Below, piece by piece: positions 1-5,757 of a stretch of DNA of 6,558 nucleotides (positions are counted from its first letter, which is position 1; each line of letters opens with the position of its first letter). The DNA is from Rotaria socialis (taxonomy: Eukaryota). The stretch covers positions 25,443 through 32,000 of the forward strand of contig CAJNXB010001701.1 in NCBI GenBank assembly GCA_905331015.1. Reading direction: 5' to 3'. Position numbers and translations under genes: made by a program. Below the pieces are notes generated by a model. The model was not told the DNA's origin, did not search any database, and was given only the letters and a program-made list of their open reading frames with translations.

Positions 1-14
1 GGGGTGGGGGGGGT
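1..14. repeat. G-rich tract (GGGG T GGGGGGGG T) at the window edge
   Basis: Read directly: G4 at 1-4 and G8 at 6-13, in an otherwise AT-rich window. Function unknown. It could be part of an upstream ACE-like relic exon or a sequencing or assembly artefact. Confidence 0.9.
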
Positions 15-135
15 AGATGGCTGCTGGAAACAAGTCATGTATCTATTAGCATTTGCATGTAAGTTCTATCTTTCAGGATAATCGCTGTCAGATTTTCTCC
101 TTGCCGTTTTATCTGTCTTAATCTATATATTTTAG

Positions 136-1340
136 CTGCTGGTTTTGTTTAAAGTTTTGGTATGACTGTCATTATTTTCTTGATTATGAATCGTATTCCT
201 GGTTTATCACTGCGAACAACGATCAACCGTTAAACGGAAGGCATTGACTATGATCAATTCGAAGAATCTACGTATGGTTATATTGCATTACGGCGAGATT
301 TTTATGCTACATTGAATTTGAAATCATCATCGACAAATGAACTTTTGACACAAAGACTAGTTGATAGTGTACGCAATACACAACAACGGAGCGATAAAAA
401 ATTAGTAAACGTGAAACTCTTTTCTGTAATTAGTGAAAGGTGGTGCAATGATTTACCTGTTTGATTATTAAAATTCGAATGTTATTCTATATGTATCGAA
501 AATACGTTGAAATAAAAAAATCTTTTTTGAAATGTATTAAGAACTGAGCTACCATAGATATTTTCCTATGCGGCTGTTGTGTGCGCCCTGTGTGACACTG
601 TTTTTTGAATATTGTTGTGCTTACAGTAGCCTCCACCTTTTGAATATGTGTAAAGAAGGTAAATCGAAATTGGTTGCGACGGTGTATTTTTCTCATTGGA
701 TTGAAAAAATCATTGACTTTGTTGTATCTTTTATTTTTACACGGGCGTTCAAAAATTAATAATGATTATTATACGATTCATCATGAAATGGGTCATATAG
801 AATATTATATGTCCTACGATAGAAAACAACCATTTGCTTTTCAAGATAGAGCTAATTCAGATTTTCACGAAGCTATTGGAGATTTGTACGATTTATGATT
901 TCTATTCTATTAGTTTCACCTGAACATTTAATAAGATTGGGTTTTCTTGAGGAGACAGTTGTGAATAGACATTATGAAATCAATTTTCTCTTACATGTCA
1001 CTTTGGAAAAAGTTGTTTTTCTACCATTTAGTTATGTTATGCATAAATATCGATTTCTATTGTTTCGTAATCAGACCGATCGCCAAAATGAATTAAATTC
1101 TGTATGGTGGAATCTGCGTATTCAGTATAATGGTATTATGGCACATATACCTCGAAATGAGGAAATTCTTCAATTTCAAGGAATTACAGCACGACTCTGC
1201 CTGTGTGATGTCTATGGCAATAGATATGTTGGTGAAAAATTTAAAGAAATGTTAACTATGGGAAACTCAAAAAGTGGCAAGATGTTTTAGCAAGTTTTAC
1301 ATGGTCAAACATTAGCGTCATCTTGAATAAGTTTCACTAG
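136..1340 (+). pseudogene. ACE: Angiotensin-converting-enzyme-like (peptidase family M2) pseudogene, roughly the C-terminal two-thirds
   Basis: Core region 760-1340. Frame 2 reads TIHHEMGHIEYYMSYDRKQPFAFQDRANSDFHEAIGD (compare ACE HHEMGHIQY...GANPGFHEAIGD). Frame 1 then reads ISILLVSPEHLIRLGFL...EINFLLHVTLEKVVFLPFSYVMHKYRF...WWNLRIQYNGI...IPRNEE..ILQFQ..LC..CDVYGN...GNSK. Frame 0 then reads WQDVLASFT..SNISVILNKFH, ending at a stop at 1338-1340. All of this is colinear with ACE (STPEHL, INFL, ALEKIAFLPF, WW.LR.KYQG, R.E, IQFQF..LC, CDIY, PW.E.L).

Lesions: frame change plus TGA at 887-898; frame change at 1273-1274; about 30 residues missing between RNEE and CDVYG.

Upstream, 136-760 shows weaker colinear similarity across shifting frames with stops at 229-231, 242-244 and 463-465. 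Matches there are LK..HY..DY..Y.W, YGYIALRR versus HAYVRR, SERW versus QGW, and NMCKEG versus MFKEA. Boundaries upstream of about 640 are soft. Confidence 0.85.
459..626 (+). other. Possible relic intron inside the ACE-like pseudogene
   Basis: This 168-nt segment has no ACE colinearity and sits between the ..SERW.. and ..NMCKEG.. similarity blocks, which are only a few residues apart in ACE. It begins CCT|GTTTGA and ends with a pyrimidine-rich TTGTTGTGCTTACAG|. The flanking frames do not join cleanly, as expected in a pseudogene. Confidence 0.3.
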
Positions 1341-1358
1341 GGGACTCAATGACTCATC

Positions 1359-1369
1359 TATATATATAT
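1359..1369. promoter_or_regulatory. (TA)n tract, TATA-like candidate upstream of EFR3
   Basis: TATATATATAT lies 76-86 nt upstream of the EFR3 ATG (1445), in the roughly 100-nt gap after the ACE relic. The evidence is positional only, and AT-rich DNA produces such tracts by chance. Confidence 0.2.
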
Positions 1370-1444
1370 GACATTCGACACGAAAGATAACGAATTCATT
1401 TCATTTCTGTTGTTTGCCTTTTCTTTTTACAATGAAAACTTTAG

Positions 1445-1540
1445 ATGTCTGAGTATATTAATAATTGCTTTTGTTGTGGCTATTATCTAGTGCGACGATA
1501 TAAACGACTAGTCAATGATATATTTCCACAGAATCCACTA
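1445..1540 (+). CDS. EFR3: EFR3 exon 1
   Basis: ATG at 1445. Translates MSEYINNCFCCGYYLVRRYKRLVNDIFPQNPL (compare EFR3 N-terminus CCGCC..RPRYKRLVDNIFPEDP). Donor CTA|GTAAAT at 1541, phase 0. Confidence 0.85.
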
Positions 1541-1613
1541 GTAAATAAAATATCATTTAATTTTCTTTTTTTTGCCCTTCATTTGTGTTTATTCATCATC
1601 TATTCATTTACAG

Positions 1614-1741
1614 CATGGTCTTGATAGAAATAATCTTGAACGTTTACGATTCTATGCTGTTAGAAAACCAGAAAAACTCGATAAAGCATTTCGATATTTG
1701 TGTGAGAAAATATCACGCTATTTAAATAATCGAAATCGACC
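1614..1741 (+). CDS. EFR3: EFR3 exon 2
   Basis: Acceptor CATTTACAG|. Translates HGLDRNNLERLRFYAVRKPEKLDKAFRYLCEKISRYLNNRNR (compare MEKLTFYAVSAPEKLDRIGSYLAERLSRD). Donor CC|GTATGT, phase 2. Read-through ends at a stop at 1806-1808. Confidence 0.9.
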
Positions 1742-1800
1742 GTATGTATTTTTTGTTTACTCAATTCAACATAGAAAATCATGCGTTCGATTCTATTTAG

Positions 1801-1951
1801 ATATGTAATACTTGGCATTACAGCAATGGATGACATAGTGAAATCATGTTATCAACTATTGAATATATTTGTTGATGATTATTTAGAAACATTACGTCTC
1901 GTACTTGAAGAAAGAGATGATTTAGAATTAATAGAACATGCTGTTGCTTCG
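1801..1951 (+). CDS. EFR3: EFR3 exon 3
   Basis: Acceptor CTATTTAG|. Translates (P)YVILGITAMDDIVKSCYQLLNIFVDDYLETLRLVLEERDDLELIEHAVAS (compare GYVLIAMEALDQLLMACH..INLFVESFLHMVAKLLES). Donor TCG|GTAGGG, phase 0. Confidence 0.88.
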
Positions 1952-2001
1952 GTAGGGTGTTTTGTGATTATTCTCATATTATTTTTTTTTCTTTTGCAAA
2001 G

Positions 2002-2117
2002 TTTGAGTCATTTTGTGAAATACGCGAAGAAGCACCAAATTATCAAAGAAATTATCAATTTTTCGTCCATCGTTTCACCGCACTTTGTTACTATCATGAT
2101 GAAATGGATAAAAACAA
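2002..2117 (+). CDS. EFR3: EFR3 exon 4
   Basis: Acceptor TTTTGCAAAG|. Translates FESFCEIREEAPNYQRNYQFFVHRFTALCYYHDEMDKN (compare FVKFANIEEDTPSYHRRYDFFVSRFSAMCHS). Donor AA|GTACGT, phase 2. The alternative GT at 2122 is phase 0 and finds no compatible acceptor. Confidence 0.85.
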
Positions 2118-2626
2118 GTACGTAGAGGAACTCTTTTTTTTTAAACAATAACGATATGAAAAACTCAGAAAATATTTCGCTATACCTTGCAATCGAGTAG
2201 CTCGAAATCGTCCGTCAGATTAATAGTAAGCCGCTATTTCGTATACAATATTGTCTTTGGCGAAAATGAATGAGCTTCAATATTCAGCGAAGCGCTAAAG
2301 TATAGATTAGATTGTGGTTTTAAGACTATCAGACGGATAATCTGAAAAAAACAGTCGTTACTAACTTGCTCAGGGTCATTGCATAATGTGTGACTCCAAA
2401 GTATGAACTAACGTAAGTGCGTACCGGGCATCGCAGTCAGTGGAATAGTTTTGAGAGTTTAATACAGGTTTAAACAGCATGACTTACTTTTGTTTTCAAA
2501 ATAAGAACTCGAGAGCACATTTAGGTCGTAGATTCGGTAAACTAGGTGCTTATTTCCTATAAAACAGTCTATTTTCCATGGATGTATCATGTAAATACAC
2601 TCAAGAATACATTACCTCTCGATTAG

Positions 2627-2782
2627 ATTACGATGTCTTGGTCTTCGTGGGCATCATGCACTTTTTCGAAAAACAGCCAATGATGAATTACAAAATGACG
2701 CTTGGAAATATATGGATCAAATCGTGCCATCGATTATATTTAATATGGAAGTGGCAGAACAAAATCAATCACAAGAAGCAAC
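2627..2782 (+). CDS. EFR3: EFR3 exon 5
   Basis: Translates (K)LRCLGLRGHHALFRKTANDELQNDAWKYMDQIVPSIIFNMEVAEQNQSQEA (compare IRIAGIRGIQGVVRKTVNDELRATIWEPQHMDKIVPSLLFNMQ). Acceptor CCTCTCGATTAG| at 2626 is preferred on length colinearity. An in-frame alternative is CTCAAG| at 2605, 21 nt upstream. Donor AC|GTATTG, phase 2. Confidence 0.8.
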
Positions 2783-2840
2783 GTATTGACTTTTTGAATC
2801 ATCGTGAAAAAACTTATTTCTTCTTGTTCTATGTTTACAG

Positions 2841-2993
2841 AACAACAACAGTATCACCGGCCAATGTGATTATAAAAAATGAACAAATGACTAACGAGGA
2901 GACATCGACTTTGGCTGATATAATCTTTCGAGACATCTTTAATCGTGCACACAGTAATACGAATATATCCATATGTGTTCAATTGATTCTTGT
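2841..2993 (+). CDS. EFR3: EFR3 exon 6
   Basis: Acceptor ATGTTTACAG|. Translates (T)TTTVSPANVIIKNEQMTNEETSTLADIIFRDIFNRAHSNTNISICVQLIL (compare EENPAVLAENCFRELLGRATFGNMNNAVRPVF). Donor GT|GTATGA, phase 2. Confidence 0.85.
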
Positions 2994-3048
2994 GTATGAA
3001 AAACAAAGAAGTGAAATCATTTTTATCTTGTTTATATTTATTCTTCAG

Positions 3049-3127
3049 TCATTTAGACAAAAACGCAAAATGGATTCCTGGTGATTTCTCTAAATATATT
3101 TTTTCTCGGATAATGAATTCAATTAGA
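3049..3127 (+). CDS. EFR3: EFR3 exon 7
   Basis: Acceptor TTATTCTTCAG|. Translates (V)HLDKNAKWIPGDFSKYIFSRIMNSIR (compare AHLDHHKLWDPNEFAVHCFKIIMYSIQ). Donor AGA|GTAATA, phase 0. Confidence 0.88.
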
Positions 3128-3140
3128 GTAATATTATTTT

Positions 3141-3156
3141 ATTAATTAATTAATTA
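3141..3156. repeat. (ATTA)4 microsatellite in EFR3 intron 7
   Basis: Read directly: ATTAATTAATTAATTA. It is self-complementary low-complexity sequence. Confidence 0.9.
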
Positions 3157-3191
3157 GAAGAAAAACAAAAACAATCATTATTTGTGTTTAG

Positions 3192-3336
3192 CACCATAAT
3201 AGTTACGTGGTTACGGATTTACTACTTAATCATCTTGACGATCATCTCAATATACGCGATAGAACAGATATACGAACCTCTATTATGAATGTTATTCATG
3301 ATTGTTTAGTTTTTTCTGCGCCAAATACAGGAGCTG
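3192..3336 (+). CDS. EFR3: EFR3 exon 8
   Basis: Acceptor TGTGTTTAG|. Translates HHNSYVVTDLLLNHLDDHLNIRDRTDIRTSIMNVIHDCLVFSAPNTGA (compare SHHVIQEILGHLDARKKDAPRVRAGIIQVLLEAVAIAAKGS). The 3' end is set by a GC donor, CTG|GCAAGA, phase 1. Read-through ends in a stop at 3369-3371. Confidence 0.78.
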
Positions 3337-3393
3337 GCAAGAAGAATTCGAAAAACAAAATTTTATTTTAATGCAATTTTTCTGATTCAATAG
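3337..3393 (+). other. EFR3: EFR3 intron 8, non-canonical GC-AG (57 nt)
   Basis: No GT dinucleotide exists between 3311 and 3393. The two upstream GTs (3304, 3309) give TGA or an out-of-frame stop when joined to the acceptor at 3393. G|GCAAGA...TTCAATAG|GA restores GGA (Gly) and a colinear ..APNTGAGTTIFTGMSNLLNFL.. (compare AKGSIGPTVLEVFNTLLKHL). Confidence 0.7.
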
Positions 3394-3531
3394 GAACAAC
3401 AATATTTACTGGAATGTCAAATCTTTTAAATTTTCTAAAGAAATCTTTTCGAATCGAACTTCAGCGCTCTAAAGGATCGCCAAAGTATCCCGATGAACAT
3501 AAATTTCAAGCTGCAGTTATCAGTGGAATAG
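3394..3531 (+). CDS. EFR3: EFR3 exon 9
   Basis: Translates (G)TTIFTGMSNLLNFLKKSFRIELQRSKGSPKYPDEHKFQAAVISGI (compare GPTVLEVFNTLLKHLRLSVEF...DEKIVQNAIIQTIG). Donor ATAG|GTAAGT, phase 1. Confidence 0.85.
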
Positions 3532-3610
3532 GTAAGTTATCCGAAGCTCTAACAAATGGGATTTAACATCTGCTATAAAAAATATGCTATTTTTTTTCCA
3601 TTATTTAAAG

Positions 3611-3722
3611 ATGATTTCGCCGAAAATTTACCCGACTTTCAAATGATGGAAATAATACAATGTATTGCCTCGTCCTTGCCAACACTGTATCAAAATACGG
3701 AAGAACATGCAAGCGAGTTCAA
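3611..3722 (+). CDS. EFR3: EFR3 exon 10
   Basis: Acceptor TTATTTAAAG|. Translates (D)DFAENLPDFQMMEIIQCIASSLPTLYQNTEEHASEF (compare FFGSNLPDYQRSEIMMFIMGKVP). Donor AA|GTTTGT, phase 2. Confidence 0.85.
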
Positions 3723-3774
3723 GTTTGTCACCACGATTATTTCCATAACAATTATATATTGTTTTCTTTTGTAG

Positions 3775-3820
3775 TTCAAACTTTAGACTTCAATTACTTC
3801 TACTTAAAACAATACAAAAA
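3775..3820 (+). CDS. EFR3: EFR3 exon 11 (46-nt micro-exon)
   Basis: Acceptor TTTTCTTTTGTAG|. Translates (N)SNFRLQLLLLKTIQK (compare GTRRIQIMLLRSLLMV). Donor AAA|GTGCGT, phase 0. An in-frame alternative acceptor, CTTTAG|, lies 12 nt downstream at 3786. Confidence 0.72.
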
Positions 3821-4025
3821 GTGCGTACATTGTTTCTATTTCGGGTTTTCATTATATTTGGAAAAAATAGATTATTCTTAAAAAACGTGCTCGGCAAACG
3901 TCTGCTTCGAATTCTCGCGAGGTTTTTTGCGCTTCTCTTTTGCTAATCTTGTGATGCAGTTATTTGATTTTCGATTGACGCGAAATGATGATGACAAGCA
4001 TTTTTCGAATTCAATTTTCGCTTAG

Positions 4026-4216
4026 ATTACAACACAGTATCAATCGGAAAAATCTTCCGAAGCAATATCAACTCTAACAACATTTCCTCATCAATTATTT
4101 GATCCATTAATTAAATTAATAAGTTCGCCTGAAGTAGAATTTCGATTACTTGCACTCGAAATTATTCAGCTACTTGTTGACCGATGGCATTATGCTGATA
4201 GATTATCGAAAATCAG
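4026..4216 (+). CDS. EFR3: EFR3 exon 12
   Basis: Acceptor TTTTCGCTTAG|. Translates ITTQYQSEKSSEAISTLTTFPHQLFDPLIKLISSPEVEFRLLALEIIQLLVDRWHYADRLSKI (compare TSGYKAKTIVTALPGSFLDPLLSPSLMEDYELRQLVLEVMHNLMDRHDNRAKLRGI). Donor CAG|GTTCGT, phase 2. An in-frame alternative acceptor, CACAG|, is at 4037. Confidence 0.88.
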
Positions 4217-4266
4217 GTTCGTCGAATTTCGATTTACCAAAACAATAATCTCGTTTATTATTCTAG

Positions 4267-4348
4267 AATATTTCAAGATATTTCTCAGCTTGGTCTACCT
4301 ACTGGCACAAAGCGAAGTCGTCTTTCTGATATTCCTTTTATGAAAAAA
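4267..4348 (+). CDS. EFR3: EFR3 exon 13
   Basis: Acceptor TTATTATTCTAG|. Translates (R)IFQDISQLGLPTGTKRSRLSDIPFMKK (compare RIIPDVADLKIKREKICRQDTSFMKK). Donor AAA|GTAGGT, phase 0. Confidence 0.88.
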
Positions 4349-4395
4349 GTAGGTTTTTTTCTTGATTTCAAAAACGGAAAATGATTTTCTTTTAG

Positions 4396-4557
4396 TTCGG
4401 CCATCAATTTCGTTCTCAACTTTACAAATGCATATTATTCGAGAATAATACAAAGAAGATTTTCTATGCTATCTATTGTCTGATGAATATTGTGACACTT
4501 GAAGCCAATGATCCAGATGTGCTGGTCGATGTAATTCATTTCTGTTTTGAAATTCAA
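4396..4557 (+). CDS. EFR3: EFR3 exon 14
   Basis: Acceptor TTTTCTTTTAG|. Translates FGHQFRSQLYKCILFENNTKKIFYAIYCLMNIVTLEANDPDVLVDVIHFCFEIQ (compare NGQQLYRHIYLGCKEEDNVQKNYELLYTSLALITIELANEEVVIDLIRLAIALQ). Donor CAA|GTAAAT, phase 0. Confidence 0.9.
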
Positions 4558-4613
4558 GTAAATAGAATTCAATGGAAAATATCTTTTTATTTTTTTTCCG
4601 AAATAAATTCTAG

Positions 4614-4757
4614 TCAGTAATAATAAAAATGATGGATGAAGATCAACGAAAATTACCTAAAACTAATTATTATGGTATACACGCATTGATTGCTGCGTAT
4701 TTTAATTTAATGTCAAAATTATACGATATCAATCAGTTTTCTGATCATGTCGACCAA
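4614..4757 (+). CDS. EFR3: EFR3 exon 15
   Basis: Acceptor AAATTCTAG|. Translates SVIIKMMDEDQRKLPKTNYYGIHALIAAYFNLMSKLYDINQFSDHVDQ (compare DSAIINEDNLPMFHRCGIMALVAAYLNFVSQMIAVPAFCQHVSK). Donor CAA|GTAAGT, phase 0. Confidence 0.9.
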
Positions 4758-5142
4758 GTAAGTGAAGACATTGCATTCGAACAGATTAGCGGTTGCAGGG
4801 AGGAAAGTTTCGTATTATGTACAATTTGTTTGATTTCTATCTAAATGGCAACCATAGTGCCTAGAGTGTCAGCACTCTGTTGTCAAGAAATCAGAATGCA
4901 TTTTCCTGACACTTTTAGATGCATTAAGGAGTCGATTCATTTTTTTCTTCTAGTTTTTACTTCCGGCATTTATATGCGCTGTATCCCTGAGAATACGAAA
5001 GTGTTGCCACCAGTTTCGGATTCGGTCAAATGATGCGTCATCTTTTATTCTATTGCCATTTAATTAGAGAATGAAGATTAATTTAAAGCAACCATTCAAC
5101 GAAGAAAATAAAAATGGCCATGTACCACTTCGTCAGTCTCTC

Positions 5143-5180
5143 TGAAAAGAAAAGAATTCTATAGAATTCTTTTCTTTTCA
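5143..5180. repeat. 38-nt perfect palindrome (19+19, no spacer) in EFR3 intron 15
   Basis: TGAAAAGAAAAGAATTCTA (5143-5161) is the exact reverse complement of TAGAATTCTTTTCTTTTCA (5162-5180). It carries two GAATTC sites. Pairing stops abruptly at 5142/5181. Confidence 0.95.
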
Positions 5181-5555
5181 TAAAATAGGCGGACTCCTCG
5201 TGTTTTACATTTCAATACGTTTGGGATTCCATGAACAGACTTTTTTCCTATTCAATCTAGGATATTGTCAGTGCCTCTGCGTTGCACTTAAGCCTAGTTC
5301 TACACGGGGCTAGTCGCGCGCTCTGAGTACACTCTTAAACTACTAATTAATGAGAACTCATGATAGTCCTTGTAAGACGTTGTCACTATTCAAAATAACT
5401 TTTACATAATTAATTTTGTTGATGAAAACTCGTAAAAAGTTTTTGACACATTCTATCACTCTAGACTATCATAATTTAGCAATATGTCTTCTCTTTTCTC
5501 CAAAAAATGCACTATTGAAGTTGAAAATGAGAACTTTTTTGTTAATTTTATTTAG

Positions 5556-5745
5556 GTAATTCGCCATCGTGAACGTCGCACACCCCATCTCTTGCCGCCT
5601 GATGCATACCGATCTGTTTCAAAAGAAAACCTATTAAAATTTATTCCAAAAGAATGTCTATTTACTCAAGAAACAGTTATTCACGCATTAAAATCATCAC
5701 ATTATGATATATCAAGATTTAATCGTACCATTCATTTCGAATCAG
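5556..5745 (+). CDS. EFR3: EFR3 exon 16 (last exon recognisable in window)
   Basis: Acceptor TTTTATTTAG|. Translates VIRHRERRTPHLLPPDAYRSVSKENLLKFIPKECLFTQETVIHALKSSHYDISRFNRTIHFES (compare VIEIRTMEAPYFLPEHIFRDKCMLPKSL..DLYFLTNKIAESLGGSGYSVERLSVPY). The proposed donor TCAG|GTTTGT (phase 1) resembles the donor of intron 10. Without splicing the frame runs on to GLLLINYEEYLYS and a stop at 5784-5786, so the 3' boundary is uncertain. Confidence 0.75.
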
Positions 5746-5757
5746 GTTTGTTGCTTA

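Larger units (their letters stand above)
1445..5745 (+). other. EFR3: EFR3 homologue, gene-model span (exons 1-16; 3' end of gene not found in window)
   Basis: Sixteen exons join into one uninterrupted frame of 2089 nt. It is colinear from the N-terminal Cys cluster to the ..VIEIRT..P..LP.. region of EFR3 as I recall human EFR3A. Every junction has GT (once GC)...AG with compatible phases. Read-through of each intron hits a stop or breaks the frame. Confidence 0.9.

Noticed and set aside
51-58. Octamer ATTTGCAT as a regulatory element
   Set aside because: A single 8-mer in AT-rich sequence is plausibly chance, and there is no associated promoter context.
487-696. 69-codon minus-strand ORF from the track
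   Set aside because: It has no recognisable similarity and a low-complexity Lys/Phe-rich translation. It lies within the putative relic intron and degraded part of the ACE pseudogene. Its length is within chance expectation once alternative starts are allowed.
886-896. The 11-nt frameshifting segment as a tiny intron
   Set aside because: It starts with GT but ends in AT, not AG. At 11 nt it is far below any plausible spliceosomal intron size, and the smallest convincing intron here is 47 nt.
568-1290. ORFs 568-759, 674-898 and 895-1290 as three separate genes
   Set aside because: They are consecutive frame-shifted pieces of one ACE-like sequence, colinear with a single M2 domain. They are not independent genes.
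2281-2350. tRNA-like or C/D-like fold in intron 4 (ATGAATGA ... CTGA, with TTCAG/CTGAA pairing)
   Set aside because: There are only 5 bp of terminal pairing. No D-arm or T-arm, no GTTCGA-type T-loop, and the C box is imperfect. It does not fit a cloverleaf.
1572-3881. Track ORFs 1572-1808, 1781-2125, 1957-2151, 2578-3084, 3556-3774 and 3660-3881 taken at face value
   Set aside because: Each is an EFR3 exon fused to intron read-through, or an out-of-frame reading of exons. Several of the M starts are TTG or similar codons. Only the exon portions listed in features are coding.
3985-3991. C-box-like ATGATGA in intron 11 (and TGATGA at about 5414 in intron 15) as intronic C/D snoRNAs
   Set aside because: No CTGA D box at the expected 60-100 nt downstream within the intron, and no terminal stem. 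The second site lacks the preceding purine.
4845-5033. 62-codon ORF inside EFR3 intron 15
   Set aside because: It has no family resemblance, no splice or initiation context, and is short enough to be chance. It is kept only as part of the long-intron observation.
5143-5180. The palindrome as a pre-miRNA hairpin
   Set aside because: The stem would be only about 17 bp, perfectly paired, with essentially no loop and no imperfect extension into the flanks. That is unlike animal pre-miRNAs.
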